A stretch of DNA of 64,000 nucleotides, from positions 173,764-237,763 of the forward strand of contig CAYMSV010000001.1 of NCBI GenBank assembly GCA_964393205.1, written 5' to 3'. Position 1 is the first letter of the stretch. Each line of letters begins with the position of its first letter. A model generated the notes under the pieces. It saw only the letters and a program-made list of their open reading frames with translations. It made no database searches and was not told where the DNA came from. Below are positions 36,957 through 46,953 of this stretch, in pieces. Position numbers and translations under genes: made by a program. This DNA comes from an uncultured Pseudomonadales bacterium (GTDB lineage: Bacteria > Patescibacteriota > Microgenomatia > UBA1400 > PJMF01).

Positions 36957-37637
36957 CTAATTGCTGAGCTTTTTATTGGAGCTGAAAAGTTGCAGAGTGC
37001 TTCCAATTAACATTGTGGCAAATAACATTTCAGCTATTTCTTCGATAGTGATGAGTTGAAAATAAATGTGTTCACTATAAATTCCTGAGGAACCAAGGAG
37101 CTCAGTAATCATAATGATTAAAAGTAGCAGGCTGGTGCTAGCAATTACCCAAGCGTTGTTTTTTACTTTTGTTTGAAAATAATGGAACCAATACCCGCTC
37201 CAAAAAAAATATAAGAAAATAATTGGTAAATAATAAATAATCCACAGAGAAGATCGATAACCAACTTCTAGAGAAACATCTACAACAATCTCTGAGCGTA
37301 GCCAAGGAATAAATTCAAAAATTCGATAAACGTTTTCATGAATTTCTAGTAGCTCATCAAAGCCTAGAGCTATAAAGAAAAGTGAAATGGGGAAAACAAA
37401 GCCTTTAATTTTTTTAGAGAAATTTGCCTTTTTGCTGTTAAGTAGAAAATATAAGCCAAAAATAATTAGTTTAAATGACTGGTAAATAGCAGGTAGGTTG
37501 CGCTCATGATCTAAATTAAAAAAAGATTGTGCTTTGCCAAACAATAGGTGAAGTGCAATTATTAATAAATCAAGAAACAATAGTATATAAAATACCAATT
37601 GATGTTTTGTATAAGATTTATTGAAGATTTTTTTCAC
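36957..37637 (-). CDS. hypothetical membrane protein
   Basis: 6-7 TM helices. Confidence 0.45.
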   Translation of the reverse strand: MKKIFNKSYTKHQLVFYILLFLDLLIIALHLLFGKAQSFFNLDHERNLPAIYQSFKLIIFGLYFLLNSKKANFSKKIKGFVFPISLFFIALGFDELLEIHENVYRIFEFIPWLRSEIVVDVSLEVGYRSSLWIIYYLPIIFLYFFWSGYWFHYFQTKVKNNAWVIASTSLLLLIIMITELLGSSGIYSEHIYFQLITIEEIAEMLFATMLIGSTLQLFSSNKKLSN

Positions 37638-37852
37638 CTTGGTATTTTATAAAAAAATAAACTATTAAGCTATAGTAATATGATAAATTTAATTAAAATC
37701 TAATTAAGATAAAGACAAAAAACCATTCTTGAGTTACAATATCGCTAATGTTTTTATTAAATAACACATGCCATAGCGCTTGGTATTACGCCCCTGCTAG
37801 GAGGTATGTGCTTTTGATGAAATAAACTCATAAATTATTTAGCAATAAACAC

Positions 37853-37877
37853 AAACCTCCTTAAAGGAGGTTTTTTT
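37853..37877 (+). terminator. leader hairpin plus U-tract immediately upstream of the aminotransferase gene (attenuator/terminator-like)
   Basis: AACCTCCTTTAAAGGAGGTT stem followed by TTTTTTT. Confidence 0.5.
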
Positions 37878-38966
37878 GTGCGTGAAAAGGAAAATATGAA
37901 AAAGAAATTAGAAACTCAGTTAGTCAGCATGACGCAAAAAACTTATGCTCTGACTGAAAAGAAAGAAATTGACTTGTCTTTGAGCGAGAATCCGCTTGGA
38001 TGTTCTCCACTGGTTGTTAGTGCTTTAAAGAATATAAAAATTAAGCTAAACTCTTACCCCACTCCTAGTGCTGGGTTTTTGAAAAAGAAGCTCGCTGATA
38101 AATTTTCATTATCTGCAAATAATTTTTTGATCGCTAATGGTTCAGAGTCAATTATTAATGTTTTACCCAGATTATTTGCTAAGTTTGGTGATGAAGTAAT
38201 TGTACCAGCGCTATCTTTTCCACTATTTACTATTTGCTCCAAACAAGCAAAGAAAAAAGTGCTTTCATCTAAGATGACAGCAAAGCTAGAAATCGATTTG
38301 AAAGAGATAACAAAATTAGTTTCAACTAATACAAGCTTGGTTTTTATTTGTAACCCCAACAATCCAACTGGTTTAGTAATAGAAAAAAAAGAAATTATAA
38401 AATTTCTCAATAATATGCCTACAACTACCTTAGTAATTATTGACGAAGCCAGTATTGAATTTACTGATGAAAGCATGATTGATGAAGTTAGAAATAGAGA
38501 TAATCTGGTGGTTTTAAGGACATTTTCAAAAGCCTTTGGTCTAGCTTCGCTTAGAGTTGGTTTTGCAGCGGCTAGTGAAAAAATTATCAAAAAAATAGAA
38601 GAAGAAACGATGACCTTCCCAATTAGTGGTTTAAGTGAGAGACTCGCAAGCATTGCTATTGAAGACAGGAAATTTATCGAAACCACAAAAAATTTTGTGA
38701 TAAAACAACGAGGACTGTTAAAAAAAGAACTGAAAAAGATGGGATTTTCTGTATTTCCAAGTGAAACAAATAATTTATTTGTAAGATTGCCAAGTTTTCT
38801 AGATGTAGATAAATTTAGCAAAAAACTAGAGCAAGAAGAGATATCTCTTATCATGGGTTCAAGTTTTGCCGGTTTTGATAATTCTTTTTTTAGAATTAGT
38901 ATTAGAGATAAAAAAACAAACCAATTGTTTTTGAAAAAGATGAGAAAAATTATTGAAAATATTTAG
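37878..38966 (+). CDS. class I/II aminotransferase, histidinol-phosphate aminotransferase-like. The start may instead be the ATG at 37896.
   Basis: LSENPLGCSP (HisC LSxNENPxGxSP); the PLP-lysine region (FSKAFG) resembles HisC SKxxGLAGLRxG. Confidence 0.7.
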   Translation: MREKENMKKKLETQLVSMTQKTYALTEKKEIDLSLSENPLGCSPLVVSALKNIKIKLNSYPTPSAGFLKKKLADKFSLSANNFLIANGSESIINVLPRLFAKFGDEVIVPALSFPLFTICSKQAKKKVLSSKMTAKLEIDLKEITKLVSTNTSLVFICNPNNPTGLVIEKKEIIKFLNNMPTTTLVIIDEASIEFTDESMIDEVRNRDNLVVLRTFSKAFGLASLRVGFAAASEKIIKKIEEETMTFPISGLSERLASIAIEDRKFIETTKNFVIKQRGLLKKELKKMGFSVFPSETNNLFVRLPSFLDVDKFSKKLEQEEISLIMGSSFAGFDNSFFRISIRDKKTNQLFLKKMRKIIENI

Positions 38967-38970
38967 CTTC

Positions 38971-39279
38971 TTAATTTTTTCCTAAGAAAAGTCTAGCAAA
39001 GAACCCGTCTAGCAAAAAACCCTTTTTTTCTAGCAAATCTGCATATTGAGGTTGAGCAAGAGCATTGACTGACACAGCTCCTTTTTCTTTTGCTTCATCA
39101 ATGACTAAATCTGTTAAGGTAGAAGCAACTCCTTGCCTTCTATAGTTTTGGTCAACTCCAATGTCGTCAATTGCAACATGGTCTTTTACGTACCTTATCT
39201 TTACTTGACCTATTTTTTCACCATCTTTATTAATGGCTTCAAAGCCATTTGCTGTTTTTTTATATTCAGTTGTTTCCAT
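38971..39279 (-). CDS. small GNAT-family acetyltransferase
   Basis: RRQGVASTL CoA-binding motif. Confidence 0.6.
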   Translation of the reverse strand: METTEYKKTANGFEAINKDGEKIGQVKIRYVKDHVAIDDIGVDQNYRRQGVASTLTDLVIDEAKEKGAVSVNALAQPQYADLLEKKGFLLDGFFARLFLGKN

Positions 39280-39332
39280 ATTTCGTAAACAGGAATAATT
39301 CTATTTTAATAGAAGAAGTGTTGTCAATGCTG

Positions 39333-39404
39333 TGACCCCATGGGGAATCGAACCCCAGTTGTCGGGATGAAAACCCGATGTCCTAACCACTAGACGATGG
39401 GGCC
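39333..39404 (-). tRNA. tRNA-Glu(UUC)
   Basis: Cloverleaf; anticodon loop UUUUCAU. Confidence 0.85.
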
Positions 39405-39412
39405 AGGTTTTA

Positions 39413-39874
39413 CTAAAGCCAGGTTATGTTTTTAAAGTGTCTAATTTTTAAATTTTGGCTTTGCAAATTACCAACTAAAGATATGATATCAAAACGCCAA
39501 GCTTTTGGGAACTTTTGTTTTTGCAACCATTGTTTAGCAACTATTTGCATAGATCTGATTTTTTGATGATTAACTGCTAAACTGCCCTCACCAAAACTAT
39601 CATTTTTTCGCCATTTTACCTCAACAAAAACGTATTCGTTGTGTTTTAGATCTAGAGCAATAATGTCTAGCTCGTGATTTCCAAAGCTCAAATTTTGTTC
39701 TAAAACTTGGTAATTTTTTCTTGTTAAAAATGCACTAGCTGTCGCTTCTGCTAAACAGCCTTGTTGAATTTTCCAGTTATTTTTCAGTTTTTTCGAAAAG
39801 ATTTTTTTCTTTAACCTTGCTGGCGGCTTTACCAACTTTATCACGCAAGTAATATAGTTTGCTACGACGTACAT
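39413..39874 (-). CDS. YraN-family (UPF0102) predicted endonuclease; start uncertain
   Basis: GNHELDIIA...YVFVEVKWR matches YraN GExDLIA...VFVEVKxR. The long ORF version overlaps rplS, so I chose an internal start. Confidence 0.6.
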   Translation of the reverse strand: MYVVANYITCVIKLVKPPARLKKKIFSKKLKNNWKIQQGCLAEATASAFLTRKNYQVLEQNLSFGNHELDIIALDLKHNEYVFVEVKWRKNDSFGEGSLAVNHQKIRSMQIVAKQWLQKQKFPKAWRFDIISLVGNLQSQNLKIRHFKNITWL

Positions 39875-40124
39875 CTCCTTGACGTTTAAGTTCAATCTTT
39901 TTAATGCTAGGCATAGCAACAGGAAATATTTTTTCTACACCGATGCTATTGGCGCCAATTTTGCGAACGGTGAAGCTTTTACCTAATCCTCGATTTTTGA
40001 TAGCAATCACTATGCCTTCAAAAATTTGAATTCTTTTTTTATCACCTTCACTAATTTCTTGGTGTACTTGCACCGAATCACCGACACTAATGGTTTTGTT
40101 GTTGTAAATAAAATTGATTGACAT
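39777..40124 (-). CDS. rplS: 50S ribosomal protein L19
   Basis: L19 signature region (RVQVHQ...GKSFTVRKI...GVEKIFP). Confidence 0.85.
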   Translation of the reverse strand: MSINFIYNNKTISVGDSVQVHQEISEGDKKRIQIFEGIVIAIKNRGLGKSFTVRKIGANSIGVEKIFPVAMPSIKKIELKRQGDVRRSKLYYLRDKVGKAASKVKEKNLFEKTEK

Positions 40125-40177
40125 AACAAGCGGGTATTGTAACAGAATATGTATCAAGTTTGCAAGCTTGAAAGAAT

Positions 40178-41896
40178 TTATTTTTTTGTATTTTTTGATT
40201 GTTGTAAAACTGCTTTTAAGTATTCAATGAAAATTGGATGAGGAGTTAATGGCCTAGATTTATATTCTGGATGAGCTTGAGTGGCCAAAAAGAAAGGGTG
40301 GGTTTGTGGTGAGAGTTCAATCATTTCTACAAAAAAATCATCGGGGCTAGTGCCAGAAATAACAAAACCTTTGTCTTCTAGAATTTGTCGGTATTGGTTA
40401 TTAAACTCAAAGCGATGACGATGACGTTCAGAAATTAAATTTGACTTTTCATTTTTAAATGCGTGATGTTTTTTATAGATATGGTGCGCTAAAGTATCTT
40501 TTTTGAGTACACAATCGTAGGATCCAAGACGCATGCTTGCGCCAGTACCCTTTATTTTTTGATATTTTTTATCAAAAGGTATGGCGTGAATAATGGGGTC
40601 TTTGGCTTGAAGATCAACTTCTTCGGTATGAGCATTTTTGAGTCCCACTACATTTCTAGCATATTCAATCGAAGCCAGTTGCATACCATAACATAAGCCA
40701 AGGTAAGGAATTTTTTCTTCTCTAGCATATTGAATGGCTTGAATTTTCCCCTCTACTCCACGTTTTCCCCAACCAATAGGAACGATGATACCATCTGCCT
40801 TTTTGAGATCATTTAGAGCTTGAGCTTGTTTTTTTTCTATCTTTTCAGCATTGATAAATGTTATTTCTATATCAAGCTGTTCTTGCCAAGCAGCATGATC
40901 AATGGCTTCTAACAGTGAAGTGTAAGAATCTTTTAGTTCAAACTCTCCACTTTTAATATATTTGGCAATAATAGCAATGTTGGCTTTTTTATCCTTTTTG
41001 CTATAAATCTTTTTTACCATCTCTCTCCATTGATTGAGTTGAATTTTTTTATCATTCAATTTGAGTTTTTTTAAAACCTTACTACCAAAGTTTTGTTTTT
41101 GAAAAATTAGAGGTATTTCATAAATTGATTTGCAATCAGGGTTAGAAATAATTTCCTCCTTTTCCATATTGCAAAAGTAAGCTACTTTTTCTTTACGCTT
41201 ATCGTCAATATAAGTGGTGCCGCGACCAACAATGAAGTCTGGTTGGATACTCATTGAATTAAGAGTTTTAACTGATAATTGAGTCGGTTTTGATTTAAGC
41301 TCATTAATGTGACTTGGATTGGGAAAATAAGTAACATGAACAATAATGACATCATCTGGCAGTGTCATTTTCATAATTCGGTAAGCTTCGTAGTAAATAA
41401 TATTTTGATATTCACCAACGGTGCCACCCAACTCTACTAAACAAACGTCATAGCCTTTGCCCGCAGCTTGAATGCGACGAATAGCCTCTTCTGGAACATA
41501 AGGAATAGCATCTACAGTAATTCCCTCATACTCTAGGTTTTTGGCTTTTTCAATAACGGTGCTGTAAATTTGGCCCATGGTGGTGAAGTTTTTATAGCCA
41601 ACTTCTTCTCCTAGAAATCTTTCATAAGAACCCAAGTCCAAGTCAGCTTCTAGACCATCATCGCATAAAAAAACATCACCATGTTCAATGGGATTAATAT
41701 TTCCAGAGTCTAAATTTAAATAGTTTTCACATTTGATGTTAGTGACGCTGTAACCATGTGCTTTAAGCACTACTCCAAGTGATGCGGCCGTGATTCCTTT
41801 ACCTAAGCCAGATAAAACTCCGCCAGAAACAAAAACATATTTGGTAGGATGCTTTTTAGCTGCCTGTTGGAGAAATCCGCGAATATTAACCATCAC
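40178..41896 (-). CDS. pyrG: CTP synthase
   Basis: [18 protein letters not shown]-terminus; GATase GLCYGMQ. Confidence 0.95.
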   Translation of the reverse strand: MMVNIRGFLQQAAKKHPTKYVFVSGGVLSGLGKGITAASLGVVLKAHGYSVTNIKCENYLNLDSGNINPIEHGDVFLCDDGLEADLDLGSYERFLGEEVGYKNFTTMGQIYSTVIEKAKNLEYEGITVDAIPYVPEEAIRRIQAAGKGYDVCLVELGGTVGEYQNIIYYEAYRIMKMTLPDDVIIVHVTYFPNPSHINELKSKPTQLSVKTLNSMSIQPDFIVGRGTTYIDDKRKEKVAYFCNMEKEEIISNPDCKSIYEIPLIFQKQNFGSKVLKKLKLNDKKIQLNQWREMVKKIYSKKDKKANIAIIAKYIKSGEFELKDSYTSLLEAIDHAAWQEQLDIEITFINAEKIEKKQAQALNDLKKADGIIVPIGWGKRGVEGKIQAIQYAREEKIPYLGLCYGMQLASIEYARNVVGLKNAHTEEVDLQAKDPIIHAIPFDKKYQKIKGTGASMRLGSYDCVLKKDTLAHHIYKKHHAFKNEKSNLISERHRHRFEFNNQYRQILEDKGFVISGTSPDDFFVEMIELSPQTHPFFLATQAHPEYKSRPLTPHPIFIEYLKAVLQQSKNTKK

Positions 41897-41960
41897 GGGA
41901 TTTTATTATAGGTAGCTTTTGCTTATTTGAAAAGATACAAAAAGAAACTAGAATGAGTGT

Positions 41961-42530
41961 ATGAAAAGAATTTATACTAAAACTGGAGACAAGGGTCAAA
42001 CAGCCTTAATAAATGGAGAAAGACTAGCTAAGGATAGTTTGGTTTTTACTGTTTTAGGTACGCTGGATGAATTTAATGCCAGCTTAGGTTTATTAGTGGC
42101 AAATTGGGATGAGGCTTTGCTTGGAAAGATAAGCGAAAATAATCTTAAAGAGCTTGTTAAACAAAAAACTTTTCTGCTTGATTTACAAAGACAACTTTTT
42201 AAATTAGGAGCGGAAATAGCCAAATCACCAAAGGTTATTTTTCCCAATGAATTTTTAAATGAAATGGAGAAAAACATTGATAATTTGCAAAACAAATTGG
42301 GCAAAGATTTTTGGAGTAATTTTGTTTTACCTGGCGGCAGTCAATTAGCAGCTCAAACAGACTTGTCACGGACCATTTGTCGAAGGTTAGAGAGAAAATT
42401 GGTTGCTCTGGATGGAGAAAGAGATTTGCGAGATATTTTGGTCAAATTTATTAACAGAACTAGTGATTATCTCTATATTTTGAGATCCTTTATTAATTTC
42501 CAGCTAGAAATTAAAGAAATTCCTGTTTAA
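41961..42530 (+). CDS. PduO-type ATP:cob(I)alamin adenosyltransferase
   Basis: MKRIYTKTGDKGQT N-terminus; typical length. Confidence 0.8.
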   Translation: MKRIYTKTGDKGQTALINGERLAKDSLVFTVLGTLDEFNASLGLLVANWDEALLGKISENNLKELVKQKTFLLDLQRQLFKLGAEIAKSPKVIFPNEFLNEMEKNIDNLQNKLGKDFWSNFVLPGGSQLAAQTDLSRTICRRLERKLVALDGERDLRDILVKFINRTSDYLYILRSFINFQLEIKEIPV

Positions 42531-42550
42531 AAACTTTTTATCAAACTGAT

Positions 42551-43171
42551 TTAATAGCGAAACTTACGAATAAGCCCCACTACTCGTCCTTGAATTTGAA
42601 CATTTGTTGCGTAAATTGGACTCATAGTCGAGTTGGCTGGTTCGAGACGAATGCGGGTTACTTCTTTGTAGAAACGTTTAAGAGTGGCAAGTCCGTTGTC
42701 TAGAAGTGCAACCACGATATCACCATTATTTACCTCAGGAGTTTCTTCGATTACCACATAATCGCCATCATCAATATGATCTTCAATCATTGATTTACCT
42801 TTGACTTGCAAAATAAAGGCTCTTTTTTTACCAGAAATCATTTCTGGTGAAACCTTGAAGCTCGCTTCTGGATCTTCATGGGCTTCTATAGGTGCTCCAG
42901 CGGCAATGTAGCCTAAAAAAGGCAAATCAACGCTATCAGTAATATCTAAAAAGGTTCTGTCTACCAACTCAATACCTCTAACTGCCCCCTCATGTTTACG
43001 AATCACTTTTTTGCGTTCTAGTGCTTGCAAGTGTTCGTGAACAGTGGCTAGTGAGGAAACACCAATAGAATCAGCAATCTCTCTAAGAGTTGGAGCGTAG
43101 CCATTTTTTTGAATATATTGAGCGATAAAATCGACAATTTGTCTTTGTCTTTTGTATAAAGTAACTGCCAT
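42551..43171 (-). CDS. lexA: LexA repressor
   Basis: N-terminal wHTH; S24 peptidase Ser (GKSM) and Lys; AAG cleavage-site-like motif. Confidence 0.85.
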   Translation of the reverse strand: MAVTLYKRQRQIVDFIAQYIQKNGYAPTLREIADSIGVSSLATVHEHLQALERKKVIRKHEGAVRGIELVDRTFLDITDSVDLPFLGYIAAGAPIEAHEDPEASFKVSPEMISGKKRAFILQVKGKSMIEDHIDDGDYVVIEETPEVNNGDIVVALLDNGLATLKRFYKEVTRIRLEPANSTMSPIYATNVQIQGRVVGLIRKFRY

Positions 43172-43341
43172 AGACCCGATGCTTTCACTAATTTATAACG
43201 AATATTAACCATAAAATAAACGAATTAGTCCCAAAACTCAACTAGCAATTTATGTATCAAAATATATCAAATATAAGTTTAACAGTTATAAGATAAAATT
43301 AGTACTGACATATTGTTAGAGTTCAGTTATACTTTTTATTT

Positions 43342-44016
43342 ATGACAGGAATTACAGATACAGTTTTAAACTATTTAACTAATTTTGCGACTTCGGTGTC
43401 CTTGCCCTTTTTTGTTGTTATCGGTGCAATTGCTGAAGAAATTATTGCCATCATTCCCTCCCCTTTTGTGCCATTGACTGCTGGTTCTTTAGCCATTAGT
43501 CAAAATAAAACTGTTTATTTTGTTTTGTTTTTAGCATTGGTTGGTGCTTTAGCCAAAACCTTTTCTACCTCAGTGGTTTTTTGGATTGCAGATAAATTAG
43601 AAGATTTAATTACCCATGGGAAACTTGGCAAATTTTTAGGTTTAGAGGCTAATGAAATTGAACGCTACGGCAAAATATTTTCAAAAACCAAAAGCAATAC
43701 TTTGATTCTATTTATACTAAGAGCCTTGCCTTTTGTACCTACATTGCCAGTTACTGTTGTTGCTGGACTAATTAAGATTAAGTTCAAAATTTTTGCTTTG
43801 GGTACTTTCTTAGGAATGGTGGTGCGTAATGCCTTTTATTTATTGGGAGCTTTTTATGGCCTACAACAGTTCCAGGGCTTGGTAGACAGTGTGGATACTT
43901 TAAATTCTGTTCTAGAAATAGTAATAATACTTAGTTTTTTGGGTTTTATCTTTTACATATTACGCAACAATTGGCATCGTTGGTTTATAGATAAAAAAAA
44001 GAAAACAAGAGAATAA
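43342..44016 (+). CDS. DedA/TVP38 family membrane protein
   Basis: TM topology and conserved loop region. Confidence 0.65.
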   Translation: MTGITDTVLNYLTNFATSVSLPFFVVIGAIAEEIIAIIPSPFVPLTAGSLAISQNKTVYFVLFLALVGALAKTFSTSVVFWIADKLEDLITHGKLGKFLGLEANEIERYGKIFSKTKSNTLILFILRALPFVPTLPVTVVAGLIKIKFKIFALGTFLGMVVRNAFYLLGAFYGLQQFQGLVDSVDTLNSVLEIVIILSFLGFIFYILRNNWHRWFIDKKKKTRE

Positions 44017-44024
44017 AAAGATTT

Positions 44025-45290
44025 TTATTTTTCGGCTTTTAGTTCTTGGTCAATTTCCATTAGACGATTATATTTTGCTACCCTCTCACCTCTATTGAGT
44101 GGGCCAAATTTTACATAATTAGCTCCGACTCCGACTGCCAAATCTACAATTAGAGTTTCTAGTGTCTCTCCTGTGCTATGGCTAATAACTAAATCTAATT
44201 GATGGTCTTTAATGGCTTTGATGCTTTCCATCAATTCACTGATGGTGCCAATTTGTTTTGGCTTGAGGACAACGGCATTAGCCATTTCATCTTCTTTAAT
44301 TTTATTAATTTCTGTTACCTTAGCCCCTACATGACGATAAGCAGCAATTGAAGTTGTTTTACCTAGATTACGTTGTAATAACTGCCAACTTTTTTTGTCA
44401 CTTTCAATAAAAGGATCTTCTAAATAAATAATTTTATATTTTTCTCTTATTTGTTCGTAAAATTGTAATAACTCTTTTTCAGTAAATCCTTGATTACTAT
44501 CTCTAATACGATATTTACTTGCCTCAAACAATCTGTAAGCAGAAGCCTGCAGTCCGAAGAAAACATCTTGAGCAAAGTTGTAACTAGTGGTACGAATTGC
44601 CTCAATTAATAACTCAAAGGCATCTAAATTACGATATAAGTTTGGTGTGAAGCCACCAGTTAGACCAGTAGCATGGATGGCACCCTTATTAATCAGTAAA
44701 GCTTCTAGTTTTTGCTGAATGACTGCAATCATTTCTAAAGATTTTTCTAAGGATAAGTGGCTAGCGGGAATAAGTGAAAATTCTTGAAAATCGAGATTTT
44801 TGCCACCATGTTCTCCTCCGTCAAAAGCAGTGACAATGCAGTTTGGTAAATCAATTTCTTGAATAAGATTATATTTTTTTTGAATATATTCGTAGAGTGG
44901 TAGTCCAACACTAATCGCACCAGCCTTCAAAACGGCCTGAGAGACCGCTAAAAGAGCGTTAGCACCTAAGCGACTTTTATTGGCAGTGCCGTCTAAACCA
45001 ATTAAAATTTTATCTAATTCTCCTTGAGCAGTTACTTCTTTTTCTATAACTTGAGGAGCAATAATTTGATTAATATGATTAATTGCCTTGTTTACTCCTA
45101 AGCCGAGAAACCTTTCATCTTTATCTCTTAAATATAGGGCATCACTGGGATTGTTATCAATTGGAGTGGGTATTGTAGTAATGGTAGAAAAACCATTATC
45201 TAGCCACAATAATAATTGAACAGTGGGTAGTCCCCGACTATCAAAGATCTCCTTAGCTTGAATAGCATAGATTTTGGCCATAGTTTCCAA
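44025..45290 (-). CDS. enolase paralog with degenerate active site (pseudo-enolase)
   Basis: Collinear with enolase from N-terminus (IFDSRGLPTV) to C-terminus (RGERVAKYNRLMEIDQEL), but SGASTG becomes TPIDNN, GDEGG becomes GLTGG, LDPA becomes LQAS, GDDL becomes AYRH and HRS becomes HST. Confidence 0.8.
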   Translation of the reverse strand: METMAKIYAIQAKEIFDSRGLPTVQLLLWLDNGFSTITTIPTPIDNNPSDALYLRDKDERFLGLGVNKAINHINQIIAPQVIEKEVTAQGELDKILIGLDGTANKSRLGANALLAVSQAVLKAGAISVGLPLYEYIQKKYNLIQEIDLPNCIVTAFDGGEHGGKNLDFQEFSLIPASHLSLEKSLEMIAVIQQKLEALLINKGAIHATGLTGGFTPNLYRNLDAFELLIEAIRTTSYNFAQDVFFGLQASAYRLFEASKYRIRDSNQGFTEKELLQFYEQIREKYKIIYLEDPFIESDKKSWQLLQRNLGKTTSIAAYRHVGAKVTEINKIKEDEMANAVVLKPKQIGTISELMESIKAIKDHQLDLVISHSTGETLETLIVDLAVGVGANYVKFGPLNRGERVAKYNRLMEIDQELKAEK

Positions 45291-45339
45291 GAACAGTATA
45301 TATAATTTTTAACTGCTTTAAAAGCCTGTCAAACAATTA

Positions 45340-46431
45340 TTATTTTTTTAATTGAGCTTTAAACCAGTCAACGCTTTTAATCGGACAAGGATCAATTTTT
45401 TCTAAAAATGCCAAATAAAGATTAGTAAAAGAAGTCAGGGTGATTAATTCAAAAGCCTGAGTAATTTTATTTTCAGTTTCTAGATCGACTATCATGCCAT
45501 CAATTTCTTTTTTTTCTAAAAGTTCTTTGGTAAGGGTTAGGCGCTTTTGATTTCTAGGGTGATAGAGTTTTGATTGGAAAAAAATAAAAAAATGATTTAG
45601 CGAATTGCTTTTGGGAAAAGTTAAACCTTCCAATAAATGATGGTTAATTTCTGGGATAATTTTATAATCCGCAAAAATTTTTGCATTTTCATTAAATTGA
45701 TTGCAAGCTACGTGTAATGCCCCTTCTAAAAACTCAGCTCCTACTAAAATTGGTCGTCTTTCCAAGCTGAGAAAAGCCAATAATTTTGCTTTATTTTTTT
45801 CTTGTTCAACTTCTACCTTACATTTTTCAGTAACTAAGTTAACAGTATCAACAACTTCCAACAATTGCTCTTCAGCAAAGTCTAGGAGCTTGGCTGCAGA
45901 TAAAATCACAATAAAAGCCATGATGGAATAGCCAATTGCCATTCTTGGTTGACCAGATGGATTGTGCTTAGCTTCAATTAAAAATTTTGGATATTGGTTT
46001 TTTTCAGCAAAAACGGCCAGCTCACCTCCAGCACTAATAACTGCGATTTGAGCTTTTTTAATTTTTGCAGCTTTTGCACAAGCCAAAACCTCTTCAGTGT
46101 TTCCAGAGTAACTAGACAAAATAACCAAGCTATTTTGATTAACAAAGGCGGGTAGTTTGTAATCTCGATTGATAAGCATTGGTACAGTTAGAGAATCTTT
46201 GAATAGATTGAGTACGACATCGGCACCAAGAGCACTGCCACCCATGCCGGCTACCACAATATTAGAGATTGACTTAATTTGATCTGAATCAAAGACAACC
46301 TGTTTTCTTTCTTGCCAAACTTGTTTAACTTGATCGGCAAGGCTTTCAGCACTAGCCAGTGCTCCACTGGGATCTAGTTTCTTAATTGCTTGACGATCTT
46401 CTAAGATTGAAGAATAATCATTGTTTATCAT
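45340..46431 (-). CDS. bifunctional phosphoglucose/phosphomannose isomerase (SIS domain, archaeal-type)
   Basis: GMGGSALG SIS motif; about 360 aa, two-SIS architecture. Confidence 0.65.
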   Translation of the reverse strand: MINNDYSSILEDRQAIKKLDPSGALASAESLADQVKQVWQERKQVVFDSDQIKSISNIVVAGMGGSALGADVVLNLFKDSLTVPMLINRDYKLPAFVNQNSLVILSSYSGNTEEVLACAKAAKIKKAQIAVISAGGELAVFAEKNQYPKFLIEAKHNPSGQPRMAIGYSIMAFIVILSAAKLLDFAEEQLLEVVDTVNLVTEKCKVEVEQEKNKAKLLAFLSLERRPILVGAEFLEGALHVACNQFNENAKIFADYKIIPEINHHLLEGLTFPKSNSLNHFFIFFQSKLYHPRNQKRLTLTKELLEKKEIDGMIVDLETENKITQAFELITLTSFTNLYLAFLEKIDPCPIKSVDWFKAQLKK

Positions 46432-46948
46432 TTTTTCCTTTTTCTTTTTTTAATAAATCTAAAAAAACTTTGGTATTTTGAAAGGCTAAGTTTTTTGGTA
46501 ATTTTTCAAATGAAAAAAAACGTAGCTCAGCAGCATCGTCACTAGCAATTAATTTTCCAGCTGTCACTTTCACTTCAAAAAATAAATTGATAGTAGGGGC
46601 TTGTTCTAAGCCATAGGTGTCGGGATAAGACCCCCAATATTTAATGATCTCACATTTAGCCATGGTTTCTTCTTCAAACTCTCTTTTAACGGCTTGTTCT
46701 ACAGTTTCTCCAACACTAACAAAACCGCCTACTGTATCCCAATTGCCTTGGTGTGGTGGAATTCTTCTTTTATTAAGCAAGACCTCACCTTTGTCATTTA
46801 AAGCAAGTAGAGCTACTGCCAGAGAAGGATTGTTATAAATTTTTAAACCACATCGATTGCATTCTAAACTTCCATCAAGAATTTCTAGTTCAGTTTTACA
46901 ACGTGGACAATAACGATAATTGTTTACTAAATAATTTTTAGTCTTCAT
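46418..46948 (-). CDS. NUDIX hydrolase with an N-terminal zinc ribbon
   Basis: CPRC...CNRC; Nudix box GGFVSVGETVEQAVKREFEEET. Confidence 0.8.
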   Translation of the reverse strand: MKTKNYLVNNYRYCPRCKTELEILDGSLECNRCGLKIYNNPSLAVALLALNDKGEVLLNKRRIPPHQGNWDTVGGFVSVGETVEQAVKREFEEETMAKCEIIKYWGSYPDTYGLEQAPTINLFFEVKVTAGKLIASDDAAELRFFSFEKLPKNLAFQNTKVFLDLLKKEKGKNDKQ

Positions 46949-46953
46949 TGAAT

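Noticed and set aside
38054-38854. 266-aa ORF antisense to the aminotransferase gene
   Set aside because: The sense strand has clear, collinear aminotransferase homology. The antisense ORF is an S/F/L/I-rich low-complexity product of reading an AAA/GAA-rich coding strand backwards, and it has no RBS.
39413-39919. Full-length 168-aa version of the YraN ORF
   Set aside because: The first 140 nt overlap the 3' end of rplS in another frame, and the YraN homology starts after that. I chose a shorter CDS with the start left uncertain.
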